A stretch of 62,176 bases of DNA, the filler included. It is 7 parts of 7 records of this genome, joined end to end, with 100 filler letters (N's around TTAATTAATTAA, not from the genome) between each part and the next. Parts side by side here need not be neighbours in the genome. Positions count along the whole stretch, not along the records: positions 39,783 to 49,260 come from SRR31156797_25757; positions 49,361 to 55,696 come from SRR31156797_25759; 5 more parts are not named here. One strand, 5' to 3'. The position numbers and the translations under genes are program-made. The notes beneath the pieces are model-generated. The model saw only the letters and a program-made list of their open reading frames with translations, was not told the origin of the DNA and made no database searches. This document shows positions 39,985 to 51,043 of this stretch, piece after piece (the first letter of the stretch is position 1; each line of letters opens with the position of its first letter).

Positions 39985-41455
39985 TCCCGTAACCATTCTT
40001 GTGGTAGATGATGAAAAAGGCATCCGGGATGGGTCGGAGCGGATTATCAATCGCATGGGATGCCATGCACTGACGGCAAAAAACGGGAACGAGGGCCTGG
40101 ATATCATTGGCCGGACCGATGTGGCGATTGTGCTGTTGGATCTGAAAATGCCCGGCATCGACGGCATGGAGGTGTTAAAACGCATACAGGCCATGGAGCG
40201 GGACATTTTGGTGATTGTCATCACCGGATTTGCTACCATTGAAACCGCCATCGAAGCCATGAAGCAAGGCGCATACGATTTTATTTCAAAGCCTTTTGAA
40301 CCGGACCAACTGAGAATTGTCGTCAACCGGGCACAAGAAAAAGTCTTTTTGCAAAGGGAAACAAAAAAGCTGGAAGCCGAAAGGCGTAGAACCCTTGCGG
40401 ACTTGGGAATGGAAAAGAGCAGAGTTCATACCATCATCGACTCCATTCCTAACGGCATCGTGGTCACCAACGTAGACGGCCAGGTCGTATTGATGAATCC
40501 GGCCTTTTGCCGCCTTCTCAACCTTGATGCCGAAACAGGCACCGGAGAGAAAATATCCGACTATATCCCCGACGAAGGCTTGTGCAAATTGATTCTTGAA
40601 ATCTCTACCGGGGATCATGTGGATTATGACGATATTCCTACCTATGAGTTCTCCATCGGAGACGACCGGTTTCTTATGGCCCGTGCACGGCCGGTGCTCA
40701 GCGCCAGGAAAGCCTGCCTGGGAGCCGTGGTTACGATTATCGACATCACCAACATGAAAGTGCTCGATCGTCTGAAATCGGAGTTTGTGGCCAAGGTTTC
40801 ACATGAGCTTCGCAGTCCTCTTTCCACCATTCATGAACAGTTGGCGCTTGTTTTAAACGATTTAATGGGACAGGTCAGTGCGTCTGAAGAGCACCTGCTC
40901 TCCAGGGCCAAGGAGAAGACCCAGGGGTTGATCTCTACCATTGGGGATCTGCTGGATCTGTCCCGGATAGAATCCGGTATCACCCATCAGGAGCCGAAGC
41001 CGGTGATTCTGGAAGAACTGCTTGGAAATATCGTTGATTTTCTCAGCACCCGGGCAAAGACGAAAAAACAGATGCTGACCCTCGAATGTCCCCAAGATCC
41101 GCTACCCACCATCAAAGCGGATCCATTGGCGTTGGAGAGTATTTTTGGCAACCTGATCTCCAATGCCATCAACTATACCCAGGAACATGGAGAAATTGCG
41201 GTCAAGGTGGACACCTTCGGGATCAATATTCGTATTCGGGTGATCGACAACGGTTTCGGCATTGAAACGAGGTATCTGGATAAAATTTTTGATCGATTTT
41301 TCCGTGTGAAAAACGACAAAACCCGTTACATTACCGGTACCGGGTTAGGGCTGCCCATTGTCAAAGGGCTTGTCGAGTCGCTGAATGGGCAGATTCGTGT
41401 GGAATCCGTCCCCGATGAAGGGACGACCTTTTCCGTACTGCTGCCTGTCGAGTAA
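39968..41455 (+). CDS. Hybrid receiver-PAS-histidine kinase
   Basis: ILVVDDE...LLDLKMPG...KPF receiver, [27 protein letters not shown]. Start ATG at 39968 overlaps the upstream kinase. Confidence 0.92.
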   Translation: MQTKPDPVTILVVDDEKGIRDGSERIINRMGCHALTAKNGNEGLDIIGRTDVAIVLLDLKMPGIDGMEVLKRIQAMERDILVIVITGFATIETAIEAMKQGAYDFISKPFEPDQLRIVVNRAQEKVFLQRETKKLEAERRRTLADLGMEKSRVHTIIDSIPNGIVVTNVDGQVVLMNPAFCRLLNLDAETGTGEKISDYIPDEGLCKLILEISTGDHVDYDDIPTYEFSIGDDRFLMARARPVLSARKACLGAVVTIIDITNMKVLDRLKSEFVAKVSHELRSPLSTIHEQLALVLNDLMGQVSASEEHLLSRAKEKTQGLISTIGDLLDLSRIESGITHQEPKPVILEELLGNIVDFLSTRAKTKKQMLTLECPQDPLPTIKADPLALESIFGNLISNAINYTQEHGEIAVKVDTFGINIRIRVIDNGFGIETRYLDKIFDRFFRVKNDKTRYITGTGLGLPIVKGLVESLNGQIRVESVPDEGTTFSVLLPVE

Positions 41456-41500
41456 GACACGATGCTTTGGTTGAACGAACCCCCAGGTGTTTTTCAATAA

Positions 41501-42634
41501 TTATTGAAGGGCTGTTCGATAAGCGTTCATTGTTTTTTCTGCACACCGTTGCCAGGTGAACCGGGAGGCCTGCTTCAGCCCTTTATCCCTGCATTTGATC
41601 CACGTTTCTTCATCTTCAATCAGGCGGACTAATTGGCGGGTATACCCAGGTTCGTCGTCCAGGTCAACATAGACGGCAGCGGGTCCGGCCACCTCCGGCA
41701 AAGAGGCGCGAGTTGACGTGACCACCGGAAGGCCGGAAGCCATGGCCTCTACGACAGGGAGCCCAAACCCTTCATAAATAGAGGGAAAAACAAGCATTCG
41801 TCCGCCATTTGCAATCAACGCCAGTTTTTTATCATTTACATACCCCATCATTCGAACACTACCTTCCGAGATACCGGATTCGAGATCCGCTGCGAATTGA
41901 AGGCGGTTCCAACCTTCTGCCCCTACTAGAACCAACGGATATTCCTTCCGAAGGGCTCTTGGCAGCCGGTGGTGTGCTTTTAGCGTAAAAGAGAGGTTTT
42001 TTCTTGGCTCCAAGGTACCGATGGAAAGAATATATTTTCCGTACTGCAACCCAAGCGTCCTGACGAAGGGAGCGACTTCCTGCTTGGGCCGCATTCTGAA
42101 ATGATCCGATACACCCAGGGGCGCCACCACGATTTTTTCCGGTGGTAAACGATAGTGTTCGATCGCTTCATCTCTGATAAAGGCTGAATCCACAAGAATA
42201 CTTCCCGCCCTTTTCAATCCGATTTCACAGTATCGCTCGATGGCTTCCAGGCGATTGCGAGGTTGAGTTTCCGGGTAGTGGATGTGGGTGAGGTCATGGA
42301 GGGTCATGACGCTGGGTGGTTTGCCGTTCAAGGGCCAAAGGCTCGGCTCGTGATAAAGATCGGGTTTAATTTTTTTACACAGGGAAGTGAATCGTTGCTG
42401 CATGATCATTCGACGAAGCTTATAAGCGCCAGGAATGAATTTTCTGATCACCTCAGCCTCACGGCGTTGACCGGTCGAGCCCATTTCGGCAAGGTTCTCG
42501 CGTATTGAAAGCCCGTCAAAATAAAAGGCTTCAATTTTTCGGATCCGGGCCAATGAACGGGCCAGTGCCAGGGTGTAGTGGCCGATGCCCGTTTTGGGCC
42601 CCCGTAATACGGAGACGTTTAGGATGAGTTTCAA
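41501..42634 (-). CDS. GT4 glycosyltransferase (WbpY-like)
   Basis: TGIGHYT, GTLEPRKN, SIYEGFGLPVVEAMASG. Confidence 0.9.
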   Translation of the reverse strand: MKLILNVSVLRGPKTGIGHYTLALARSLARIRKIEAFYFDGLSIRENLAEMGSTGQRREAEVIRKFIPGAYKLRRMIMQQRFTSLCKKIKPDLYHEPSLWPLNGKPPSVMTLHDLTHIHYPETQPRNRLEAIERYCEIGLKRAGSILVDSAFIRDEAIEHYRLPPEKIVVAPLGVSDHFRMRPKQEVAPFVRTLGLQYGKYILSIGTLEPRKNLSFTLKAHHRLPRALRKEYPLVLVGAEGWNRLQFAADLESGISEGSVRMMGYVNDKKLALIANGGRMLVFPSIYEGFGLPVVEAMASGLPVVTSTRASLPEVAGPAAVYVDLDDEPGYTRQLVRLIEDEETWIKCRDKGLKQASRFTWQRCAEKTMNAYRTALQ

Positions 42635-43992
42635 CTTTTTTTGTCCTGGGGATCACCTCGGTCGAGATTGCGCCGGACTCGGTTCAAAAGCTGTGAAGCG
42701 GAGTCCCGCCAGGTGATCCATTTCCATGAAGCAAGCCAGGTTTTTTTATCTCTTTCTTCCGTGGATTCAATGGTCTTTATTGCGCGACACAAGGATGCCG
42801 GATCAGAAAGATCAAAATAAGCTGCGTAATCACAGACGATTTCCCGAAACACCGGAATGTCGCTTGCCAATACGGGCAATCCCCGATCCAACGCTTCGAT
42901 CAGTGGCAGTCCGAACCCCTCCACAAAGGATGGATAGACCAGGGCTTTCGCCTTGCCATAACAATACTCCAATTCGCTGTCGGTAAGGCCGGTCAGCATG
43001 AAAAGGCGCTTGTCCAGTTCGGGATGGTTTTCAATCCGCCCGATCAGTGTTTCACATTTCCAACCGATTTTTCCGACGAGGCACAACGATACATCCCTCC
43101 CCTGCTCCCACAACCGGTCAAAGGCGTCCAATAGATATGTGTGGTTTTTCCTGGGTTCGATTGTTCCCACAAAAAGGTAGACGGAGCGGCCGGCAGGAAA
43201 AATAGTGGTCATCCGTTCCGATGGCTTTTTTGTCTTGTCAGCCAGATCTAATTCGGCACCCAGATAAAAGTGATCGTACCATCGGCTTTCATCCACCGAT
43301 CCCTTTTGTCTTTCAAAATCGAATCGTCTCACTTCTTCAGCGATGGTCTTCGAAATGCACATGAATCCATCGGCGTATCGAATGATCCAATCGAACCAGG
43401 TTTCAAAAACCTTCACCAGGCCGTCATCACAAAATTGAGGGTGTGTCAGTGGGATCAGGTCATACACGACCCCAACAATGGTCAATCCTTGATTTTTTAG
43501 TTTTTGGACGGTTCCGAAAAAATCATTGTGCCAGGAGGAGTCCAAAAGGATCAAAACATCATCCTCACGAATTTTAAGAGGTACGATGCGTTTTTGATCG
43601 ATCCATTGTGATGTAACAGGCACCAAAATCCTCAATGGGACAGCGTAAAGAACTCTGCCCAGGCGAAAAAGAACATATAGGAGCCGACGAAGCGTTTTTG
43701 AGCCGGAGAAGAATTTGCTGTTGTGCAAAACCGCATAAAAATACCAGTAGCGTGTTCGAAAATCCGTTGCCCATTCCTGTAAAAGGGCAACGAGGCTTTG
43801 CTGCTTTAACGGTTTGAGGTGGTTTACACGAAAAAGCTCGCCCCGTTTAATGACAATCGGAATGCATGTAACCTCTTTGGCAAGGTGCGGAAGGTTGTTG
43901 ATAATGTTTCGTACCACCCGTTGAATGCCTGAATTGTCCTTTGGGTGATCGAAAACGTAGGTGCACTCGAATAGATAGCGCATTATACCCAT
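42631..43992 (-). CDS. GT4 glycosyltransferase (WbpX-like)
   Basis: ECTYVF...NSGIQRVVRN, LLDSSW, VYDLIP, GTIEPRKNH, EGFGLPLIEA. Confidence 0.88.
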   Translation of the reverse strand: MGIMRYLFECTYVFDHPKDNSGIQRVVRNIINNLPHLAKEVTCIPIVIKRGELFRVNHLKPLKQQSLVALLQEWATDFRTRYWYFYAVLHNSKFFSGSKTLRRLLYVLFRLGRVLYAVPLRILVPVTSQWIDQKRIVPLKIREDDVLILLDSSWHNDFFGTVQKLKNQGLTIVGVVYDLIPLTHPQFCDDGLVKVFETWFDWIIRYADGFMCISKTIAEEVRRFDFERQKGSVDESRWYDHFYLGAELDLADKTKKPSERMTTIFPAGRSVYLFVGTIEPRKNHTYLLDAFDRLWEQGRDVSLCLVGKIGWKCETLIGRIENHPELDKRLFMLTGLTDSELEYCYGKAKALVYPSFVEGFGLPLIEALDRGLPVLASDIPVFREIVCDYAAYFDLSDPASLCRAIKTIESTEERDKKTWLASWKWITWRDSASQLLNRVRRNLDRGDPQDKKS

Positions 43993-44020
43993 CCTGGGTT
44001 CTGGGAACCGAAAACGTGAT

Positions 44021-45262
44021 TTATTTAGTTCGATTTACGGGCAACCGTTCAACAGCAACCGTTGAACCTAACCAGGTACAGCCGACAAATTCCTCTTTCT
44101 GGTCGTTTAACACGTGAAAAATCAACGATCGATCGATCCACTGGTAGTTTTTATCCAGATGGGAATCAAGTTGGGACGCTGAAAGGGATACGGAATAGTG
44201 CCCTTTTCCCAAATTTGCGTTAAAGGAAAAGCGATAGCGCAGCCTTTCGCCGGCGACAGGCTGATCGATTGCCTTTTCGACCCGGTGGGTATTGATTCCG
44301 TAAATCGGTTGCCCCAAGTGGTCTTTGATTAAAAAACCGAGAACGAGACGGGGGATATCCTGCTTGACGATGAGTTCCACTGCAAGCGTGACTGGCTGTC
44401 CCACAGTAATGGTCTCGCGGGCCATCTCTTTTTCATCCAACAAGGCAACCGATGCGATGGAGACCTCTCCTGTTCCGGAAACAGTCTGAATGGAACCATC
44501 CTCCATGGTTTTTTGTTTTATCTGTGTATATTGACGTTCGGCCAACATGGCGTTGTAGAAATCCAAAACCTCATCAGGCTGCCCCTGTTTGATCACACAA
44601 CCCTGATCCAAAAGAATCGCCCGGTCACAGATGGATTGGATGGCAGACCGATTGTGGCTGACGATAAGCAGCGTTGTTCCCTTTTCTCGAAACCTGCGAA
44701 TCCGACTGAAGCTTTTATGCTGAAAATAGGCATCTCCCACAGACAATGCTTCGTCCACAATCAACACATCAGGGCGGCTTGCCGTTGCCAGGCTGAAAGC
44801 CAACCTCACTTGCATGCCGCTCGAATAGGTACGGATGGGTTTATCAATGTAGGCACCGATTTCCGCAAAGGATTCGATGGCGGGAAAGAGGCTCTCCAGT
44901 TCGTCTTTTTTATACCCGAGCAGTTGCCCGGCCATGTGTACATTTTGACGGCCGGTGAACTCGGGATGAAAACCCATGCCCAGCTCCAGAAGAGCCGCCA
45001 CGCGACCATTTGCCGTGAATCCCCCGGTGGTGGGTCGGGTAATGCCGGTGATAATTTTTAAAAGCGTGCTTTTTCCAGCACCATTGATCCCGACGACACC
45101 AACAGTCTCGCCACGCTTGAGAGTAAAGGATACATCGTTGAGGACCCACTGTTTTTGGTGGCGGTTGCCCAAGAAAGGGAGCACCCATTCCAGCAGCCGT
45201 GCTTTTCGGGAGGGATACTGTTTGTAGGCTTTTCCAAGATTGATGACGCGAATACTGTCCAT
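44021..45262 (-). CDS. wzt: O-polysaccharide ABC transporter ATP-binding protein with C-terminal carbohydrate-binding domain
   Basis: GINGAGKST, YSSGMQVRLAF, DEALSVGD, Wzt_C extension. Confidence 0.93.
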   Translation of the reverse strand: MDSIRVINLGKAYKQYPSRKARLLEWVLPFLGNRHQKQWVLNDVSFTLKRGETVGVVGINGAGKSTLLKIITGITRPTTGGFTANGRVAALLELGMGFHPEFTGRQNVHMAGQLLGYKKDELESLFPAIESFAEIGAYIDKPIRTYSSGMQVRLAFSLATASRPDVLIVDEALSVGDAYFQHKSFSRIRRFREKGTTLLIVSHNRSAIQSICDRAILLDQGCVIKQGQPDEVLDFYNAMLAERQYTQIKQKTMEDGSIQTVSGTGEVSIASVALLDEKEMARETITVGQPVTLAVELIVKQDIPRLVLGFLIKDHLGQPIYGINTHRVEKAIDQPVAGERLRYRFSFNANLGKGHYSVSLSASQLDSHLDKNYQWIDRSLIFHVLNDQKEEFVGCTWLGSTVAVERLPVNRTK

Positions 45263-46050
45263 TACAATTCATCCACAAGATCAACAGCACATTTTTGGTA
45301 TAGCAGCAGCGCTCCTGAAACGAAAATTGCCGCAGTGATTACCGTAGGCACAAGGGTTGTCCATCGGGGCCATGCTCCGGAAACAAAAATTTCCTGACAC
45401 GCCATTACCAGAGGGGTTAATGGATTGAGCCGGATAATCTGTTGAATCTTTTCCGGCAGAATGGTCAGCGGATAAACGATGGGGGTCAGCCAGAACCAGA
45501 ACTGAAAGACAATTCCGAACAATTGGCCCACATCGCGAAAAAAAACGTTGAGTACGCCAAGAATGACCCCTAATCCGGAAGCCAATAGAATCAGGAGAAG
45601 AAACAGTGGAAAAACGGCAAGAAGAGACATTCCGACGGGGCTTTTTGTTACAACCAGAAATGCCAGTAAAATGGCCAACATGATCGTAAAACTGATGGCC
45701 GCACTGATCACGACGATTATGGGAAGGCAGATTCTCGGAAAAGACATCTTTCGGATGAGATTGGCGTTTTCTAAAAATACATTTTGGCAACGGTTTGCGA
45801 TTTCGGTGAACGTGCTCCAACAAAGGATACCCGCACAAAGATAAATACCATACCCCAAGGTATTTTCCACATCAGGAAGTCGTGCCCGCATCAAACGGGA
45901 AAAAACAACGGTGTAGATAAAAACCAGTGCCAGCGGGTTGATCACTGCCCAGGTCGTTCCCAGAACAGAGGTCTGGTATCGGACTTTGAATTCACGGGTG
46001 ACGGAACCCATGATAAACCCTCGATAGCGCCATATTGCTGCGATGTTCAT
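45262..46050 (-). CDS. wzm: O-polysaccharide ABC transporter permease
   Basis: REFKVRY..SVLG..W, FFRDVGQ, WFWLTPIVYP, LNP. Confidence 0.93.
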   Translation of the reverse strand: MNIAAIWRYRGFIMGSVTREFKVRYQTSVLGTTWAVINPLALVFIYTVVFSRLMRARLPDVENTLGYGIYLCAGILCWSTFTEIANRCQNVFLENANLIRKMSFPRICLPIIVVISAAISFTIMLAILLAFLVVTKSPVGMSLLAVFPLFLLLILLASGLGVILGVLNVFFRDVGQLFGIVFQFWFWLTPIVYPLTILPEKIQQIIRLNPLTPLVMACQEIFVSGAWPRWTTLVPTVITAAIFVSGALLLYQKCAVDLVDEL

Positions 46051-47261
46051 TTGAAATCTTTCTTGAATCGGCTAACGCTCTGGTGGCTCTCGCCAGTTTT
46101 GTTCTCTTCGGTGTTGGGGACGGCCATTCTTCTGCCGCCAGTCCCATTTTTAATCCGATCAGCGATCTCGGCGCCTCTTTTTCTTAGCGGCTTCTCGATA
46201 AATCGGTAGTTCAGATCACTTAGAAAAAAAAGGGTGACCAGTGCCAATGTGACCACAAGAAAAGGCTCAGGCGTGTTTTGCCCCGTGCGATGGATGGTTT
46301 CACGAAAGGCATAAAAGACCGGAATGTGGATCAAATAGATGGCGTAGGAACGGCTTCCCACCCAGCAGAAAAGTTTGCGGAGCGGAGATACGGGAAGTAT
46401 GTATGGGCCGTTGTAGGAGGCCAGCCACACGAGGACAATCGAAATGAGGGCCACCATTCCAACCGGCAGCGGAACGATTCTCAGTTCTTTGGAGGGCATG
46501 CACACCAACCCGATCAAGAGAACGCCGAGAACCAACAAAGCCAAAATAGGAGACTTTTTCAATCCTTTGGGTTCGAAAAAGCGGTAGCTTTCCGTTTGTG
46601 CCCACAGGGCCAACAAGGCCCCCAGTAAAATGGCATCGGTTCGAATCGCCATCAGCAGCAGAGAACGTTCGGAAAACAATTGCACAACGATTGCCACGGC
46701 AAACAAATAAGGAAGCCATCGCCGAAACAGGAAGATAAAAAAAGGCAGAAAAATATAAAATTGCTCTTCCAAAGAAAGAGACCAGTAAACGAAGCTGGCT
46801 CCGTAAAAATAGCTCCCGAAGGCATCGGCGAAGCGAAAGTTTGCCACATTGAAAAGGGCAGCTATTGTGGCGGCAATATTTGTTCGAATGCTTCCAAAAA
46901 CACCGGAATCGTTATAAAAAACGGCACAAATCAAGATGATCAGAAGCCAAAGCCAGGAGGAGGGTAGAATACGCCATGCACGGCGTATCCAAAAGGAGAG
47001 CGCTGTCCGCCAAAAGGCCTTGCGTGTTTTGTTTTTTGGGATCTGTGGTAGAAGTGATCGGGCAATCACAAATCCGGATATGGCAAAAAAGAGATCAACA
47101 CCGACCCAACCATAAAAGTAGTCATAAAAACGGACGAGGTTCGGCGTCGTAATTTTTATCAGCCCCTCTTTTATGTGATGAACCACAACAAATAAAACGG
47201 CAAAGGCGCGTAGAATTTCAATACAATCGATTCGCTGATGCATTTGGTGTCCAGATCGCAT
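46047..47261 (-). CDS. Acyltransferase family 3 (O-acetyltransferase)
   Basis: IEILRAFAV, GVDLFFAISGF, RRAWRILP, WSLSLEEQFY, SYAIYLIH. Confidence 0.9.
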   Translation of the reverse strand: MRSGHQMHQRIDCIEILRAFAVLFVVVHHIKEGLIKITTPNLVRFYDYFYGWVGVDLFFAISGFVIARSLLPQIPKNKTRKAFWRTALSFWIRRAWRILPSSWLWLLIILICAVFYNDSGVFGSIRTNIAATIAALFNVANFRFADAFGSYFYGASFVYWSLSLEEQFYIFLPFFIFLFRRWLPYLFAVAIVVQLFSERSLLLMAIRTDAILLGALLALWAQTESYRFFEPKGLKKSPILALLVLGVLLIGLVCMPSKELRIVPLPVGMVALISIVLVWLASYNGPYILPVSPLRKLFCWVGSRSYAIYLIHIPVFYAFRETIHRTGQNTPEPFLVVTLALVTLFFLSDLNYRFIEKPLRKRGAEIADRIKNGTGGRRMAVPNTEENKTGESHQSVSRFKKDFK

Positions 47262-47263
47262 GG

Positions 47264-48109
47264 CTATGGCTTCCTGGCCAGAATCAACTGTGTTTTCGGT
47301 AAGAAATCATCCAAGGCCCTTTTTATTCTTGGTCCCTCTTCTGTTTCCAGCAAAGCGGACCATGTCGTCGTCCAGGATTGCAAAAGGGGGTGCCAGGGTG
47401 GCGTCAGATCCTGTTTGCAAGCCCAAAAGAAAACCCACCACAGGGACCAGTAAAAGCCGAACCGTTTTTGCTGTTTGATCTCAAGGCCTGCATCGGTAAC
47501 GAGCTGGGCAAATGCATCCCGCTCCCAAATGCGAATATGGTTGGGCTTGATAAAATAGGCATCCGGCGCCAAACCCTTTTTTTGCAGCTTTTCAATCTCA
47601 GGATCGGGAACGGTTATCAGATACGTCGCTCCGGACTTACCAACACGAACCAACTCACGAATGAAAACCTCCGGATCATCGACGTGCTCCAGTACTTCCA
47701 TAGAAATTACTTTGTCAGCGGTCTCATTTTCCAGCGGAAGCGGGTTGCAGTCGCTGACAATGGGTGTGATCTTTTTTGCCGGGGTGTTTTTCAAAGCGTT
47801 CTGGGTGGCATCGACCTTTCCGGCATCGATGTCGGCAAAGATGACTTCAGCCCCCTGCATGGCGCAAAATTGGATAAAAGGGGCGTCCCCGCAGCCTACG
47901 TCCAGAACCACGTCTTTCGGATGAATCTGGAATCCGTTGAAAAGTTCACCACTCTCCTGATTAAACCAGCCGCTAAGGGCGGTATCTTTAGGCACTCCAA
48001 ATCCATCCGGGGGTTTGGCCGGTTCCGTTTCAACCGTTTCAGGGGTTGCCTCACCAGGTATTTGCGCCTGTCCCCTGCCATAAAAAAAATTTCGGAGTCT
48101 TTGAATCAT
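47264..48109 (-). CDS. Class I SAM-dependent methyltransferase
   Basis: VLDVGCGD, EVLEHV, GATYLITVPD, PNHIRI. Confidence 0.9.
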   Translation of the reverse strand: MIQRLRNFFYGRGQAQIPGEATPETVETEPAKPPDGFGVPKDTALSGWFNQESGELFNGFQIHPKDVVLDVGCGDAPFIQFCAMQGAEVIFADIDAGKVDATQNALKNTPAKKITPIVSDCNPLPLENETADKVISMEVLEHVDDPEVFIRELVRVGKSGATYLITVPDPEIEKLQKKGLAPDAYFIKPNHIRIWERDAFAQLVTDAGLEIKQQKRFGFYWSLWWVFFWACKQDLTPPWHPLLQSWTTTWSALLETEEGPRIKRALDDFLPKTQLILARKP

Positions 48110-48137
48110 GATGAACTCTGCAAACCGTTGTTGGCGT

Positions 48138-48995
48138 TCATTCGGGTTTCCTGGCGATTACGGCCTGTGCTTTCGGTATGGCTTGGTTGAAAGCATCCAC
48201 CATTTTACGGGCATCAGGTATCTTCAGGACTTCGTTCCACGTTTCGGACCAACGTAGCAATACATCGTGGTAGGGCGGTGAGATAAGTCCCAGGGTTTCC
48301 TCCCCTGCGCTTTTTGTAGGGAGACTCCAGAAAAGAGACATCCACATCACCCAATAAAAACCCCAGGTCATATAGTGGTCAACCACCAATCCGGAAGCTT
48401 CCACCAGGTTGCAAAAACTTTTCTTATCAAAAGTGTGGATATGGTTGGGGACAGAGAAATAACTCGGGTCCGCAAAGGGTTTTTGAAGCAACTCCGATCG
48501 CTCGTCAGGTACGGTGATTAAATACTGTGCGCCGGGTTTGCCGACGCGAAACATTTCTTCTAACACCTCGCCAGGTTTTTGCGTGTGTTCGAGAACCTCC
48601 ATGGCCAATACCTTGCTGGCATACGCATCCGATAGAGGCAGGGGCATGGAATCACTGACATAGGCTTCGACTTTTCTAGCTTTGGAGCGCTGCGCTTTTT
48701 CCTGCAAGGTTTCTATTTTGCTCCGATCCACATCCGTGAAGACCACGTGGGCGCCAAAACTGGCACAAAACAGCGTTGCCAGGCCATCTCCGCAGCCAAC
48801 ATCCAACACCGTATCTTCGGGAGCGACTTGAAAGCCTTTCAGCAGTTCACCCGTATCCCGCTGATACCAGCCGCTTTGAACCGCGTCGGTGTAACCAACT
48901 CTTCGGGGGTCAATTGTATCCGTATGGACGGTTTCCGACTTTTCTGCTTTTTCTCTGTAAAATAAATTTTTTATTAAATTCAACATGTTATTCAT
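48138..48995 (-). CDS. Class I SAM-dependent methyltransferase (paralog of the adjacent gene)
   Basis: VLDVGCGDG, EVLEH, GAQYLITVPD, PNHIH. Start at 48995 via an ATGA overlap with the upstream gene. Confidence 0.88.
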   Translation of the reverse strand: MNNMLNLIKNLFYREKAEKSETVHTDTIDPRRVGYTDAVQSGWYQRDTGELLKGFQVAPEDTVLDVGCGDGLATLFCASFGAHVVFTDVDRSKIETLQEKAQRSKARKVEAYVSDSMPLPLSDAYASKVLAMEVLEHTQKPGEVLEEMFRVGKPGAQYLITVPDERSELLQKPFADPSYFSVPNHIHTFDKKSFCNLVEASGLVVDHYMTWGFYWVMWMSLFWSLPTKSAGEETLGLISPPYHDVLLRWSETWNEVLKIPDARKMVDAFNQAIPKAQAVIARKPE

Positions 48996-49260
48996 GTTCC
49001 CTTGTAAGCTCTTTGAATTCGGCGTTTTAAATGTCTTATAGCCCAACGGAGTCTCATCTTCAATTGATAGGGTCGGGAATTCCAATTGGAATCGAACGCT
49101 ATGTGTTCACGTCGTTTCGATTCGAGAAAGGGCCTGATCTGGCGAAGAGCGGTGGCTTCTGAGCAGTGGCTTTTCATGGTTGAATGGGCTTGCATGGACA
49201 TTTTTCGATAGGCGTCAGGCCGCTTTTTCTTCATCTGGTAGCTTAGACGGAACGCAGTGC
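48992..49260 (-). CDS. C-terminus of a probable glycosyltransferase (5'-truncated)
   Basis: Open from the contig end: TAFRLSYQMKKKRPDAYRKMSMQAHSTMKSHCSE...; the stop overlaps the next ATG. Confidence 0.55.
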
Positions 49261-49360
49261 NNNNNNNNNNNNNNNNNNNNNNNNNNNNNNNNNNNNNNNN
49301 NNNNTTAATTAATTAANNNNNNNNNNNNNNNNNNNNNNNNNNNNNNNNNNNNNNNNNNNN
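49261..49360. other. Artificial contig spacer
   Basis: N-run/TTAATTAATTAA/N-run. Confidence 0.98.
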
Positions 49361-50286
49361 TTATTGGTTTCTGGTATTGGTGTACCGACCAGTTTATTGT
49401 ACAAAGGGTACTTTCTGGTAAGAATGAAACTCACGCTCGTAGAGGTACAATCTTTGGTGCTTACCTTAAATTATTACCGGTATTTTTATTCCTTATTCCA
49501 GGTATGATTGCTTATGCAATGAGTGCTAAGGGAGATGTAATGCTAAATGGAGAAATATATGTTTTACCTAGTGCAGATGCTGCTTTCCCATCATTGGTGG
49601 CTCAGTTATTACCTGCTGGTGTAAAAGGTCTTGTAGTTTGTGGTATACTTGCAGCTTTGATGAGTTCGTTAGCATCATTATTTAACTCTTCAGCCATGTT
49701 ATTTACTATTGATTTCTATAAGCGATTCAAACCGGAAACTCCAGAGAAGCAATTGGTGAAAATTGGTCAGATGGCAACTGTAGTTATTGTAATCTTAGGT
49801 ATTTTATGGATTCCAATTATGCGTAGTATTGGAGATGTATTGTACGAGTATTTACAAGATGTACAGTCAGTATTGGCTCCTGGTATTGCGGCTGCGTTCT
49901 TAATGGGGGTAACCTGGAAAAGAGCTTCGGCTAAAGGTGGATACTGGGGATTAATGTCTGGTTTTATCATTGGTATTACTCGTTTAGGTGCAAAAGTGTA
50001 TTATAACACTGTAGAAAATGCAGCTGACACTTTATTTAAATCAGTATTTTTTGATACGAACTGGTTATTCTTCTGTGGATACATGTTATTAATATGTATT
50101 ATCGTAGTTGTGGTAGTAAGTTTATTTACAGAAGCACCTTCAGAAGAAAAAATCAAAGGTTTGGTATTTGGAACATCTACACCTGAGCAATTAGCTGAAT
50201 CTAGAAAAAGCTGGAATGTTTGGGATGTGGTACACTCAGCAATCATCTTAGGATTGACAGTAGCATTTTATATTTACTTCTGGTAA
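49361..50286 (+). CDS. Sodium:solute (sugar) symporter, SGLT-like (5'-truncated)
   Basis: IGFWYWCTDQFIVQRVL, LAALMSSLASLFNSSA.LFT.DFY. Confidence 0.93.
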
Positions 50287-50297
50287 AAAAATAAGAT

Positions 50298-50984
50298 ATG
50301 TTAGAACAATTAAAAGAAGAAGTTTTTCAGGCTAACCTGGATTTAGTAAAACACAACCTGGTAATTTTTACCTGGGGTAATGTGAGTGCTATTGATAGAG
50401 AATCAGGTTTAGTGGTGATTAAACCAAGTGGAGTTGCTTACGATGTGATGAAAGCTTCTGATATGGTAGTGGTGGATTTAGATGGAAACGTAGTGGATGG
50501 AAACTTAAAGCCATCTTCTGATACACCTACTCATCTTGAATTATATAAGGCATTTAAAGAAATAGGAGGCGTTGTTCATACGCATTCAACTTATGCAACT
50601 GCATGGGCTCAGGCCGGAGTTGATATTCCTATTTTGGGTACTACACATGCAGATTATTTCTATGGAGATATACCTTGTTCTCGTGCGATGACTCAGGAAG
50701 AAATTGAGACAGCCTACGAAAAAGAAACAGGTACAGTTATCATTGAAGCATTTGCGGATAGAGATCCTATGCATGTGCCTGGTATTATTGTAAAAAATCA
50801 TGCTCCTTTTACTTGGGGTAAAGATGCACATGATGCCGTTCATAACAGTGTTGTGGTAGAGCAGGTAGCAAAAATGAATTATGTTGCTTTGCAGGTTAAC
50901 CCAAATGCTGATATGAATCAACACCTAGTTGAGAAGCATTTTAACCGTAAGCATGGTGCAAATGCTTATTACGGTCAAAAGTAA
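50298..50984 (+). CDS. araD: L-ribulose-5-phosphate 4-epimerase
   Basis: [48 protein letters not shown]. Confidence 0.95.
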   Translation: MLEQLKEEVFQANLDLVKHNLVIFTWGNVSAIDRESGLVVIKPSGVAYDVMKASDMVVVDLDGNVVDGNLKPSSDTPTHLELYKAFKEIGGVVHTHSTYATAWAQAGVDIPILGTTHADYFYGDIPCSRAMTQEEIETAYEKETGTVIIEAFADRDPMHVPGIIVKNHAPFTWGKDAHDAVHNSVVVEQVAKMNYVALQVNPNADMNQHLVEKHFNRKHGANAYYGQK

Positions 50985-50996
50985 ATGAATTGTTAT

Positions 50997-51028
50997 ATGG
51001 AGCTGTTTTAAGTTTATTACAGCTCCAT
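50997..51028 (+). terminator. Intergenic stem-loop
   Basis: ATGGAGCTGT...ACAGCTCCAT. Confidence 0.55.
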
Positions 51029-51043
51029 TAATATTACTTTTAA

